In this document: in pieces, positions 24,474 to 38,157 of the stretch | Numbering within the stretch: position 1 is the stretch's first letter | How the letters are laid out: each line of letters starts with the position of its first letter | Origin: Callorhinchus milii | Taxonomy: Eukaryota | Direction of reading: 5' to 3' | DNA length: 64,000 bases | Assembly: GCF_018977255.1 (NCBI RefSeq) | Contig: NW_024704743.1 | Span: 102,426,001 to 102,490,000, forward strand | Notes under the pieces: generated by a model | The model's input: only the letters and a program-made list of their open reading frames with translations | Databases searched by the model: none | What the model was told of the DNA's origin: nothing | Translations under genes and position numbers: made by a program

Positions 24474-26611
24474 AGTAAGTAGAATTAAAATGTGTCTGTA
24501 TTTCGCTGGGGACAATTAAATATAAGGGATAAGCACCAATTTTATATTTATTTAAAATGTTCTGCAGGTTCAGAAACAGCACAACTACTAGTGTTTCTGG
24601 TAATGATACTCTTCCAAGTGTACATCTTTCATAATTTGATAACATAACAGGAGAAATGCAATTTATTTTTATTGATAGAAATCTCTCAGAGAAGTGTCAA
24701 TTTAGTTTTCTTTCATAGTTTTGGATATTGATGGAATTTTGGATGTAGAATTAAACAACTAAGTCTGTTCCTTGTGTTTTGCAAGATTTGGTTCCTAAGG
24801 CATGCTTCCTCTGCTTGGAAAATATGATATCTTTGTCCTAGTAATCCAAAGTTGGAGGAGTCTCCTATCTTCACCTGAGCACTTTGGTCAAGAGGCTAGA
24901 AATAGAACCTTGCACTTTCCAACATAACAAAACTGAGTTTGGGGAATTATAATCTAATAATATTTCTATATCACATTAAGCTAGATTTTCCTATTGGCAT
25001 TAATGCTGGGGCAGATGGTAATGTATTTAGTTACTGTCTTCAGGCAGCAATGTGCCCAGTGTTGAAGAAAAACTATTTTCGAATGCATCACAAATTCTAA
25101 TAGCAAATCAGTGTGCCAGATAATTTGTTTCCCAATTTGCACAGCTGTTACTTTAAATAGTGTCACAGGTGCAATTTTATGCAATTTTTGAACAAAAATT
25201 CTCTTTGCACAGATGCAGTTACAATGTGTAATTTCATAATTTTGTCAACCTCTCTTTCCTTTTAAAAAGTCACATAGCAAACCTAAATGATTTAGTGGCG
25301 AAGGTAATGGCCCATTATAACAATCTCACAACAATCGAGATCAGTAACTTCATCATCTAGTAAAATGTCATCCTCTACCTCGTAAATTTTGGAGCTTAAC
25401 ATTCAAAGTATGTTTTGGATACTCTTAAGCATTGTGATGGCTTTCTGCATGTGTCAGACACCCAGACTACCAAAAAAGGTACACAGTGAGACTTTAGTTG
25501 TTCATAAATTTATTAAAACACAGATGGGGGATTCTCAAATAATCAGTAAATTTACAAATTTATCGTAAACAGTAAAATTTACAAGTGTGGAGGGGAGAGG
25601 AGGGCTGGGCACTTCATGGTGTGTTTTTATAATGGGATTTTTCCCTTCATCAAATTTTAATGGCAGGCTAGTAAATTTTAAGACCAGCAGAGAATAATAT
25701 ACAGTTCTTTGTCTCTGGTCTGTAAATTTACCAAAAGCTAGAGAGTGTGAGAGAAACAATGTCTCAGTTGGGTTTTATTTAATATAATACCACAAATCTT
25801 CCACAGAGTACTGTACCTGGAAAGGCTGCATTGATATCTTAATGATATTCTTATCTCAACAACCTCTATATGCAGTGCACGATGGGACGGGTAGATGTCC
25901 TCCAACATCAATCGGAAGAACTGTTTATAAAGGGATCCCATGACATAGAATGTGGATTTCAATTTGCAAATGATCCACTAAATTTAGGGGTCAAAATCCC
26001 ATTGCATTAGATGATATCAAAATGTATGGATGGTGTTGCTGGGAAATCGTTTAACCCCAAAATCTTAACAAAGGAAAATTGAGGTTTGTGAATGTTAATC
26101 TATGGAAACTTCCAAAAGTCATGACAGCTGCACGGTTGAACCATTAGATGTTTTCTGATCAAGGCTCTGGGAACAGATTAGCAAGCACAGTGAGGTGAAA
26201 AGCAGAAGATTAACTGACCGGGTATATACTTCTATTTCACTGAGGAATGGCAATGTCCAATGGATTTTTTTTTGGTCAGAAGGTGTCTAGACACTGCTTG
26301 TCCAGCTAGGACTCTCCACTATCCATTAGGGCTATGGCTGCACAGTCAGCGGGAACTGAGTTACAAGAATCTTTACCCACAGTGACCTTCCAAGTTCTAA
26401 AGATGAGCCAGACTGCCTGGTCTGCCCAGAAGGATAATTACCAGCATAGAATATTTGGGCCAAATGGCCTATTTTGGTGCAATGTTTCATATAATTGATG
26501 GTACAGCTGTATCTCTACAAAGCCCATGCAAAAATCCCACAAGGATTTGGCATGTCAATTTACAACACTCAATGCATTCCTGAATTACATGATCAATCTG
26601 AATTCATTGAC

Positions 26612-26846
26612 ATGAAATTCAATCTAGGCCCACATTTACTCTATTGACATAGCTTTTCATAGTCCACAGAATTTGGCAAATTCTTAAATAACAATGTTAA
26701 TTTTGAAAAAAAATTCCCCAATTATTTAATGAACAACCGAAAAGAAGCTTCAAAGTTAAAACTGAATTCATCAATTTGCCGATTTCTGCATAGTTTAAAA
26801 GTGTTGCATGAATAAAGTAAATCTAGACCTGCCTGGAATTTAATCC
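26612..26846. mobile_element. Complete palindromic MITE-like copy
   Basis: gaaattcaatctaggcccacatttactcta...cagaatttggcaaattcttaaat is mirrored by attcatcaatttgccgatttctg...taaagtaaatctagacctgcctggaattt. Confidence 0.7.
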
Positions 26847-27951
26847 CACATTTGCTATATAATATATGGAATTTCTACTTTCAGTCAGCAAACAAGTATC
26901 CAGTCAAGACACTGATTCTGATTGGTACCCACTACCCACAGATAAGGCTGAAATCCAGACTTGAACTAATCTCATTCATCTCTTTCATGTTATACCAAAC
27001 TAACAACAATAAATAAATACATGCCAGAATACAGATGCTATCATGTCATTGTTAAACATAATTATTTATAAAAGTATTCATCATCTGAAAAACTGTAGAT
27101 AAGCAAACCCATTGTAATTTTTTTCCTGAACATGCAGAATGAATTTGGGAAAATAAACGTTACATATAAATTGGCTTATTTGACAGAAGCATGAATGGTT
27201 AGATTGTTATTTTCCTAGATGGGTTTCCCCAACAGAATGATATGATTTGTAACATGTAATGGAAGTATAAGAGTAACTAAAATCCGACCATATCCATTCA
27301 CTGCATAACATAAAATGATGTGTTAAAGCTTGGGCTATAATTATGTTCTCTTGTTCTTTCCTAGTTCTGTACAGAAATACTTTCCATGTTCACTTTTTGA
27401 TTCCTTCACTAATCACTATTTGCAGGATTTGGGTCACGTACCTTCCTTAACCTTAATTTTTGTTTCAATGAGAACACATTAAACCCTCATTAGCCGTTCT
27501 TTAAAATTCTGTATTTGTTCCAGTTCTTTGATTCCTTTCTACTCTTTTGCCTTCTGTTTGGAAGCTCTGGTATACTGATGAGAGTGACCTCGAGCAGATC
27601 ACAAAGTTATATGATTCACAGCTAGTCAGCTCACAATTATTAAACATAACATAGTATTCTTCCACTTTATCATCTGGTTCTGTTTCATTTATTGCCCATG
27701 AAACAGGCCTTTTGATCTCATCTTATCAGTAAATATCAATCTTACTATCATTCCATTACAGCTTGAACCTCTTTCTTAAATGAGTCCTGTGTCCCAGCTT
27801 CAACCACCAAACTCATTTCACCCTGGGATAGCATCACAGAGAGACTCCAAACTTTATCATAGAAAAAGTTTAGGATATTCTTTCACCCCTACTACCATTG
27901 TGACCTGGCATCCTTCCCTCTAGAGCTCAGGTTAATAGAACTCCCTTCATA

Positions 27952-28246
27952 GGAGTCCCGTAGCTCAGTGGTTAGAACACTCACCTTGCAAGCAAGAGAC
28001 TTAGGTTCGATGCCCGGCAAGGCGAAACCTTGGGCAAGTCTCCTTACTCCACATGCTTGATAATAATCCCTCAAGGAAAGAAAATAATAAATTGGTTTGT
28101 GGGATACTGCTGTGCCCAATTGGCTGCCGGGTTTCGTCCACAAATGTACAGTCAGTTCACTTTACAGTGTGTTCTGTGAAGCACTTTGGAACGTCCTCCC
28201 TACGTGAAAAGCGCTATATCAAATGCAAGGATTATTATTATTATTA
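27952..28246 (+). mobile_element. Young tRNA-derived SINE
   Basis: ggagtcccgtagctcagtggttagaacac...ggttcgatgccc...ttggaacgtcctccctacgtgaaaagcgctatatcaaatgcaagga(tta)n. Confidence 0.9.
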
Positions 28247-28539
28247 AATGTGCAGCATAAAAAAGGCCACATTAGGCCTATCATGCCTGCGCTGACTCTT
28301 TTAAAGGGAAATCCTTTCAGTCTCTTCATTCTATGCTCCATATAGATAAATATGGAGATAAGGTAGATAGTAAAGATCACTCCGACTTCCTATTGTCTTT
28401 GCTCCATTACTTGTTGAACAAGATTTGCTTGAGGATGCATCATAAATGGAAACTCTATTTATCTAATGTATTTTGGAAATTATTTTCCATTGTTACCATA
28501 ATTCAATTCCTTCAGCTTTCTATGTGTTCACAACAACAG

Positions 28540-28792
28540 CCATGAAGTGAATAGCCATTTTTTTTTCTGGTGGATTGTTGGCCAGAACACCAGGAGAAAC
28601 TTCCTTCTCTTTTTTAATAGTCCCATGGGATCTTTATCACCATCGGTTTAACATCTCATCTAAAAGTATAGCCGTAGTAATGCGTTAGAGTGTTAGTCTA
28701 GACTATATGAGTTCAAAATCCTGACATGGGACTTAAACCCACAACCTTCAGACTCAACAACAAGAGTGCTACAAACTAAGCCAGGTTGACAC
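28540..28792 (-). mobile_element. Old DeuSINE-like SINE (head and body)
   Basis: ggattgttggccagaacaccaggagaaac...ccatgggatcttt...ggtttaacatctcatc...aacccacaaccttcagactca...ctaagccag. Confidence 0.7.
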
Positions 28793-30664
28793 ATATATAA
28801 TTTACTCCAAATTCTGTTAAGCTAAAACTTCATTTTAAACTTTCTGCTGGAGCATTTTCTAGAATATCCAATTACATTCACCCAAACGTTTGACATTATC
28901 TGATTTCATTACATACTGTGTGCTGTACTGTTGTTTACCTTTGGTTTGACAGTTCTCATCAGAAAAAAATAATCCTTTCTTCAAACCTGTCACAATTTAT
29001 TTTCATTGTAGATTTTGTATGTTAATAATAATCCTTGCATATGATCCGAGAATACTGTTTTAGTCATAGTTTCAGGACTGACAAGTGCAATAGTTATCTT
29101 GTTGTTAGAAACTGAGTCAGGATAAGATTTATGTGGGAATACACTTAATAAATTGAAAACACATATGCATTAGACACTTACATAGTATGTTGCTTCAAAT
29201 AAGTAATGCAATACTTTAATTCACCGAAATTAGGTCACATGCAGTTCATTTGTTGTTGCATTAAATAAATTGTTTTAGTTTTCTACTTCTGTTACCTGCA
29301 ATAAATCATCCAGAGATGATTAAATCCCTTACACCTGCCATTGCACAGGTATAATGTATTTAATTAATATTAAATGCACATTTTAATCTTGTCTTTCAGA
29401 CATTTACCCCATTCATTGTTTGACATAGAATCATTAATTTAGCAGTATATATCCCTTCAAAAAATTTGGCATGTTACTCTACATGCTATATGACTGAAAA
29501 AAACCTCTGGGACTTCCTGTCTGAATCCCTCCACCTTACCCCCTTTCAGTCCCACTTTAACACTGACCTCTTCAACCATATCTATGATCAGCTCACCCAC
29601 CCCATTTTCCCTTGCTCAGTATTCAAGTGTGCCATTGTGTCATGCTCTGAGACTATTCTATGTAAAGGGGGTTATATAAATGTAAGCTATTGTTGCAAGT
29701 AATTGTTGTTCACACTTAATGTTTTTTGCTTACAGTAGTAATGTACTATTCAAATGGAAAATACCAATATTGTTTAGCAGAAGCACTAGTTGATAAACAC
29801 TTCTTATTTATGATTAAAATGCTTACAGGTCTTCTTGTGCACTACAGCATCTTGGTATCATCCCAGCTCAGTTAGGAGCACTCTCACCTCTGAGTCAGAA
29901 GGTTGTTGGTTGAAGCCCCACTCTGGAACTTTGAATTCAAAGTCTAGGCTAGCACTCCAATTAGTCCTGGCCCGGGCATTTACCTACAAGATACACAGTC
30001 ACTACACTTTACAGAACACCCTATCAAGTTCTTTGGCATGAAAGGAGCTAATTCAAATGCAGGGATTGTTATCATTATACAACATCAATGGTTAATAAAT
30101 ATTTGTGATAAGATAGCCACTTTACACTATGTTTTTTTAAAATTTTCGTAAAAGCATTATTTGGGTTAAATGGACCCAGTCAAGATACATGCAAAATATT
30201 ATTAGAAATGTTCATGGTGCAAATAAACCAATTTCCCCAATATTATGGTGCTGTTGTTGTTCATCAGCAATCTTAACACACCATTGACTTCAGGCAGGCT
30301 GAAGGATATTTCGTTGAAACACTGAGGTAGTGGACAGGAAAACAACCAAAAACTGTTGCTTCTGTGTACTATATACGATCTAGCTTGTTGGATTTTTTAG
30401 TAAAACAAATGTCTTATAATATTGACAAGATTAGCAGAAGAATTTGGGACTGAAACGTTTTGTTAAACTTCAATTTATCACCAGGCTGGAACCACTGGAG
30501 GTGACCTCTGCATTCACTCACACTCATTTCACACTCCTCAAGGCCCTGACAGGGACAGTCAACACTCACCAGTTCTAGCAAGGCCCAAGGTGTGCAGGTG
30601 ACTAGCTTTGCAGTTAGTGTCCTTTATGCTCCTCTCTCACTCATGGTTTCTTTCCCCTCTCCAG

Positions 30665-31075
30665 GTATCAGTCTGGCTCAGTTGGTGGTATTCATGTCTG
30701 AGTCAGAAGGTTTGTGGCCTCAAGCCCCACATCAGGATTTTGAACTCACAGTCTAGGCTGAAACTCCAATAGTGCGCAGCATTGTTGGAAGTGCTGTCCT
30801 TCAGGTGAGACATAAAGTGAGTTTTGGTCTGCTTGTTCTGGCCTGTTAAAGGTCCTACGGCTATACTTGAAAAGAGTAGGGAGTTTCTCTCAGTATCATG
30901 GCCAACATATCACCAAATGGGTGTGTCTGGGACATTGCTGTGTGCAAATTGACTGTAGTGTGTGCATACAAAAGACACAGTCGCTAGATTTGCAGTAAAT
31001 CCTGTGAAGTGCTTTGACACATCCTTCTGATGTAAGAGGCCACTTTATCAAATACAAGGATTATTATTAATATTA
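30665..31075 (+). mobile_element. Near-complete old DeuSINE-like (SacSINE1-like) SINE
   Basis: ggctcagttggtgg...tctgagtcagaagg...caagcccc head, gtgctgtccttcaggtgagac...ttgaaaagagtagggagtttctc body, gggacattgctgtgtgcaaattg and a (tta)n tail. Confidence 0.75.
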
Positions 31076-31689
31076 CTCACAGCTCCATATCTAGAGCTCT
31101 TTGAAGGGATAATGGCCTAAGTGTTGGCATATGTCCAGGACATAAATATACTTTATTCTCCTCAGCCCTGTGCTTAAGGTTTTAAGGCCTTCCTTGTTCC
31201 AATCCTTTAGTAATTAAGGGCTCAGGTTGTTTGAATAACAACTTTTATTCTCACCAGCATCTGCCCCTCTCAGGTGAAGCATCATGGATGAGTTGTTCTT
31301 GGCATAAAAACGCTGCATGATTGGAATATTGAATTGTTATGCTTTGCCAGTAGGAAATATATATTCGCAATCAGTTTAACATTGCAGACCATGAAACTCT
31401 GTTTGGTTGTCCAATATGCTATTATATTGCTATGCATTCTGCTTATAATAAACATTACTTAACATATGTACTGTTATACCAGTAGTGGCCAACACTTTTG
31501 ATGTCTTTTAACAATACAGGATATCATTTGAGTACCAGATTTAACATGTTATTTAGAGTAAATGAAAATATGTCATGCCACCCAGGAGAATTCTGCTCTG
31601 AAGGTAGTTTGCATCGTGTGGATCTCTCAAGAATCAGCTTGATGTCATTATTAAAGCTTGATGAATCAGCTTGATGTCATTATCCTCCT

Positions 31690-32630
31690 CCTGTGGAGGC
31701 TGATAAGCAAGGAGTTTGCATAGTCAAGTCTCGATATAATGAATGCGTGTATGAGGGTTTCAGCAGCCTGTGGTGTGAGACAGTGCCAGAGCCGGGCGAT
31801 GTTGCGGAGGTGGGGCAAGTCAGAGCAAGTCATGGTACGGATGTGGGGGAGAAAGGATAGTTGAGGGTCAAACAAGACATCAAGGTTCTGGACTGGCTTA
31901 GTAAGGGGGAGTGTGCATCTGTGGATGGCGATGCTGTCCGCGCCTGAGGTGTGTAGGCACTGACAGGAGCCAATCATGAGATCCTCGGTCTTATTGACGT
32001 TCAACTGAAGAAAGTTAGCTCTCATCTAGGACCTTATGTCTGACAAACTTTCTGTCAGGACAGCAGTGGTCCTGGATTCAAGGACAGAGGCAGAGAGGTG
32101 CATGTGGGTGTCATCTGCATACATGTGGAAGTTGACTCATGTCTGCGGATGATGTCACCAAGAGGGAGTTTGTAGATATTGAAGAGGGCAAAGCACTGAG
32201 GAACTCTGCACAAGACATTGCGGGAGCTAGAGGAGAAACTGTTTGTCGTTTGTTGAGATGAAGTGGAAGCCATGTCAGAGGTATGATCTGAACCAGTCAA
32301 GGACAGAGGCATGAAGGTTGAGGTGAAAGTAGAGGAGTGGATGAGAATAGAGTGATCAATGGTGTCAAAGACAGCAGAGAGGTCAAGGAGGACGAGGAGG
32401 CATAGGGAGCCCTGTCGCATATGGAAAGAATGTCATTTGTCACTTTGACCAGGACTGTTTCTGTGCTGGGGTGGCACGGAAACCCAATTGGAAGGGTTTG
32501 TGAAGGGAGTGGCGGGAGAGAAAGGAGTGAAGCTGCGAAGCAACAACTCATTCCAGAACCTTGGAGGAAAGGGAGGTTGGAGATGGGGAGGTAGTTTGAG
32601 AGCAGTGATGGGTCCAGGGAGGGTGTAAGG
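31690..32630 (-). mobile_element. Decayed L2 RT-domain fragment
   Basis: Minus frames read STETVLVKVTNDIL, LLVLLDLSAVFDTIDHSIL, IYKLPLGDIIRRH and MRANFLQLNVNKTE...LRNIARL...ETLIHAFIISRLDYANSLL. Confidence 0.9.
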
Positions 32631-33044
32631 CCTATAAGGACTAGGGGCAGAAATACTGGTTGGGTTTCCCACCTGTAACCTTGAGAAAGCTGAGGTCAAT
32701 TTAGTCTACCCATGGAATTGTAAACTCAGCATGGACTGAGAGTCAAACTAATGAATTCACCACTGACAGGTGACTAAATCAGAAAATATGTAATCAATTT
32801 TTAATGAAATTATTGGTTGCTATAAATATTGTTTTATTTACATATTGGGATAAAGGAAATTAAACCTGTCTTGTTGGTACATTTTCACTGGTGTCAACAA
32901 ATCAGAAAAACTAAATGGGAAATAAAGATTCTTACTCTGATAGAAGTATTATCAGATAATAATAGTTTTATGAACCTAGCTTAAAATTAAGAAATGTAGC
33001 TTTACTACTTTGAATAGAAAGCTCAACGGATTGCAGACAAACTC

Positions 33045-33486
33045 TTGGGGGAAAAATTCCACCTTGGTCTAGATTTACTCTACTTATGTAGTATTTCGGA
33101 GTACCAATTGAATATTAAAGTTACTATGCAGTCCTGTAGTGTCGTGGCTGGAGCACTCACCCAGCAAACGATAGCACCCAGGTTCGATTCCCAGGCTGGG
33201 CGAAATGTTGGGCAAGTTTCCTTACTCCACAAGCCTCTGTTTACCTAGCAGCAAGTAGAAACCCGATTGGCGGATCACTTTCCCGGGGGTAATAATTCCT
33301 TAAAAACATTTTTTAAAAGAATAATAACGTGTCTCACAATTCTTTGTGAGACACTGCTGTGTGCAATTGGCTGCCATAGTTTGTTACAAAACACAGTCAA
33401 TTCACTTTACAGTATATTCTGTGAAGTGTTTGAGATGTCTCAAAGGTGTGATAAGGCGCTATATCAAATGCAAGGATTATTATTAT
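33045..33486 (+). mobile_element. MITE-like left arm (33045-33100) followed by a long-variant young SINE (33128-33486)
   Basis: gggggaaaaattccaccttggtctagatttactctac, then gtcctgtagtgtcgtggctggagcac...ggttcgattccc...gcctctgtttacctagcagc...(tta)n. Confidence 0.82.
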
Positions 33487-35411
33487 GTAACAAATACAGT
33501 TAGTTGAAATGGAAGATATCTTAACTATCACTGCTTTTGTACATCAATTCAAGTGGCTATTAGTTGGCATATGCTGTCAATATACAGTCACCTACATTTT
33601 CTTTTTATTCATTCAGTAAGTGGCGGGTCATTTTCCACTTTAGAGCAGGTCATTTTTTAATTTTAGGTTCATGGACTAGCTTGTTCATGGTTTTTATCCC
33701 AGCTCGGAGAGCAAATCTATTTTTCTGATGACAGAGGTTACAGATGTGAAGTGCTTTGAGACATTGCAAAGATGTGATAAGGCACTTTATCGATTGCAAG
33801 AATTATTATCATTATATATTTTCAAATCAACATGAGAAATGTGTAAATGCAAACAGTATCTTATTTTTCAGTCTGTTTATTAGACCTTGTTTTATTTAAT
33901 TTAAGATCTGTCTACAAACATACAGTCACTGCATATAAATCCTGTGAAGCACTTTGTAACATTTTGACAACATGATAAGACGTTCTATCAAATGCAAGAA
34001 TTATTGTTAAGGTTCATTTTGTGTGATAATTCGGTAGCCACATTTATCTTGAGTTTAAGTATTGGACTTAAGTATGACATCTTATATGGTTTACTAGCAT
34101 TCCAACAATTCCGACAATCCTTGACTAGATTCACAGAAGAGGAATACCACTTGGACAAAGTACCAGACATTTTCTGTGACTATCAGACTGTAACCAACAT
34201 GATTTACTGACTTCAGAAGAGAGAATATTGGGAAAACAACAAACAAAAAGTGAAACAAGCAGTGAATTTATTGATACCTGGTTGGTTTCCCCCAAGGGGC
34301 CCAATATTGTTGAGACATAACTCAAATCTTGCCCAAGTATGAAGCCACCTTGAAGAAAATAACCCTTAGTTACTGGAACTTTAGAGGGACAGAGCGCATT
34401 CTCTGCAAATCAATACTACAGCAGGCAAGAATCCCCACCTGATCATTCGTCTTTCAATGCTGTGCTGCCTGGAGCATCAATTCCAAATAAAGTCATTGCA
34501 AAGGCCAATACAGCAGAGAGCTCACAACAGCTGAAATGGTCCAGTTTGAAATTTGTACAGAGCATTGCATGTGAAGCCATGTATTTTAACTATATAGTTT
34601 CTCAAACTGCTCAGACAAGCAGAGAAAGTTTGAAAATAATTTCCGTTAAAGCGCTTCCAAAAGCACTAAGCCTTACTACTTCTCTCCTTGCCTTTGGAAA
34701 CTTCCTAAAATGATATATATTCAACCATGTCTTTGGTCAACACTTCTACATTTCTCATTTCCCTGTTCGGTACACACCACTATTTGTCAAGAAAGTTGAG
34801 GCTTTTGTTTTGCATGAATGATACAAGTTGTAATTTTTGTGACATGTGCAGTTGTGCATTAAACCCCCTGGAATCTGATAATTACCCGTTGAATGATAAA
34901 TTCTGAAAGTTAGGTTAAACNAAAAAGGTAAACAAAAGTTGCCTTTATTTCAGGATCTCTAGACATTTTTCCTTGACTCATTTATATACCAGGGACAACA
35001 ACAACAACAAGATTCCATTTATAGAGCGCCTTTCACGTCGGGAGGACAACAATTACCCCATTCATATCAGCACAAATTCCTAAAGTCTACCTTCTTTTAA
35101 CTTCTTTCATTCCCGCTTGTTCCTAGATACGCTTTGAGTCACACTGTGTGAGGAGAAGGAGGGGGACAGAAGAAAGAAAGCTTTCCCATATCGTGAATGA
35201 TGACAAGTGATAGGTAAATGTTACATTGGATAAGTCGCAGACACAGATAGCTATTTGTCTCGTAAGAAAAATCAAAGAGGCAAAGATTATTTAATCTAAA
35301 AATGATTGGGTTTTTCCTCAGCACTAATTTTACATGCTTGACCTTTCAAAATACTTTTTCTGAATGATCTCAAGTTTTTGATAACATTTTTGTTCTTATT
35401 TGGATCTCAAA

Positions 35412-35695
35412 AACATAGAAACAGGAGTAGGCCATTCAGCCCCTCAAGCCTGTTCTGCCATTCTATAAGATTATGACTGATCTGTACCTCAAGTCCAATT
35501 ACCCGCCCTTGCCCCTTATCCCTCAATAACTTGACCTGACAAATAGCTATTCACTTCAGTCTTGAAGATGTAAAGGATCCAGCATCCACAGTCTTTTGGG
35601 AGAGAGAGTTCTAGATTTTCACTAGCCTATGGGTGAAAAACTGCCTCCCAATTTCACTCCTAAATGAGCTAGCTCTCATTTTAAGATTAAGAACC
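35412..35695 (-). mobile_element. CR1-clade LINE 3' end
   Basis: aacatagaaacaggagtaggccattcagcccctcaagcctgttctgcca...agagagttctagattttcact...gggtgaaaaactgcctcc. Confidence 0.75.
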
Positions 35696-38157
35696 GCTGA
35701 ATACTCTCTCAATGGTCTTAATTTCATTTCCCAAATTCATTGAGCAACAAACCTGAAAATTGCACACCTTAATATATGCACTTCATTTTACCCAGCAAGT
35801 TTCTTTAATATACATGATATCTGTACCTGGTTTTGTACATATGGAGAGAGAGATTATGGCACTAAGACAATATAGCAACATTGAAAAGAATTCTTGTCAC
35901 AAGGTATATTTCAACTGAAGTATTATTTAGATTGTATGGTTGTTAGCATTTTGAAATATGGCATGGATTTTTATTATCTACACTGCTAATTATTGCTTTA
36001 TTTAAAAGAACAGAGGAAGTGTGTGTTCAAATCATAGCTAAAAAACTACTTTATGAATCAGGAAACCAATGGAGTTTGAAAGATCAAAATAAAGGGTACA
36101 TCAATAGGTTACACAAACCCTCAGGGTACTTTGCTTTGGTCTTGACTGTGCATGGTAAACAATTTCCTCAGAAAATGGCTATAGTTTTATCTTTAGCTGA
36201 GGAATGAGATACGTTCATTTTTTATAATTAGTGGTTCAAAGAAAGTGCAGGCAAAAAGTCAAAATACAATGCACTTAAATACCAGAATTCCAGAATATTA
36301 AAATATAGTAACACAAGATCTACAATTGCTAGGAGCTTTGATCCAAGAAGTAATTAGTTTCAATCATTATTTCTGACCTGATGTTACTGATCTCCATTAC
36401 CCTCATTTATCAAAGGATTCAATTTGTTTAAAAGATTTCCATTTTTTTCATCCAAACAAATGCATCCCTACGTTTGTATGTTTGTGTGGTATAACAGATT
36501 CAGAATATTAATCTTTGTGTTTGATATAGCACCTTCATGCCAGAGGGTCATATTGAAGCGCTTCACAAGAGCTACTGTGAAATATAGTAACTGTATATTT
36601 TGGAAGCAAATACAGTATAAACATAGCATATTCTATTTATTTGCTTTGGTCTTTTCTTTGCTTTTATTCCCTCTATTTTTATTTTATTTCTCCGAGGTAC
36701 GTTTGCCTTTAATTTTCATTCAATCTCAATTTGAGTGTGGTCAGCCTTCCAAAGTTTGAGGGCGAGAAAAATAAATTGGATACTGTCGAGAAGGCACATG
36801 TTTTCTTAATTCTTGTATATTTTATAAATATCTCTCGTCCTTCAGGCATGATTTCAGCTTACAGGTTTCCTTCATCTGTTTCCTTAATTTCATTCATATA
36901 GTGTAATATATATTGCATTTGTGTTTTGGTCCGCCAGGTGTCTGACACATCACTATGCTTATGGGCATTCAAACCAAATTGAGAGCGCCGTGCATCCCAC
37001 CTATACATGGATATTCCCAAGATATTTATTGGAATAGAATGAATACTTTCACCCTGGAAGGATGAGCCTAATAGAAGGTTTATAGCTGCTGTTTTCTGAA
37101 CACCTCATTATTAAGATTAATACCTGGAGCAGTACCTTGGTTGATGCCAACAGGCGCAAGTTGTCCAATGCACGCCTATTTCTCTGAACATCTTTTTAAA
37201 AACATTTAAAAGATGTTGCTGCCTCTTTGAGTAGTTTTTAAATAGTTTCCATCCTGGAGGAGACAGAAATAGCCTCTCCTTTAGTCTTAACAGTTCTGTG
37301 TTTGATAATAGGAAAAGCATGCAGTGCTGCTGATGCCATGATGCATGTTTTCATGCCATTGACTTGCTTTTAACCTTAATGTTAGTAGGTGACACAGTAA
37401 GTCACAGTAAATGTCAGCAGATCACCGATCCTATTGTAACATGTCAATTAACTAGGGAATTAATTTTTTGGACTTTAGCTAGACGAGCTCCAAAACTATG
37501 CTGCATAAAGGGTGCTATATAAATGCAAGTTGTTGTTGTTGTTGTTAGGAGCATGTTTTCCTTTAAATCCTGCCCCAAACCTTCAGTTCACCACAGCAAA
37601 TGGAGTCAGTCATCACCCTATCATGTGTTCAGAAATGTGCTTAGCTCATGACTTCTAAACATTTGCACTACGATGCACAAGCCTATCTGTGGTGGCAAAC
37701 AAGTTTCAAAGAAACAGGTTATGTCCAGCTTGATTGATAGTAACACCGGTTATTGATATTTCCTGGTGTTCCACATTCCTGTTGCTTATAATTTTCCATC
37801 TCCACACTATCCAAACGACTCCCATCACACAGCTCCCGAACGTGTTGTGTTCACGTGTGCTCTTTCATTATTGTTCCTCCTTATTTTTTGAAGTCCGTCT
37901 TTAAACATTTCTGCATAAGTAGCACCAGTAGAAATCATCATTTTGTTATTTGGTCTGTCCTTGCTTAAGATCTACATATGAGCGAGGAAGATTGGGTTTC
38001 CTTTGATTACAAGCAATTTGCGCACTTACACAATTACATGCTGCCCATCTCTGCACAGCCTATTCCTTCTACTTATTGCAAAGTACATTCTGTACTTTTG
38101 GTGCAAGTAAATACAACAAATCATGCATGGAAGACACACTTCAGCATTCTCCTGAAG

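Noticed and set aside
27570..27610. Hammerhead ribozyme (CTGATGA-GAG-TGAC-CTC-GAGC)
   Set aside because: Stem II is plausible, but the GAAA core is replaced by GAGC and no stem I or III could be formed.
33992..34210. 72-aa ORF as a coding exon or pseudogene
   Set aside because: It starts in a SINE tail, and has no recognisable domain or convincing splice sites.
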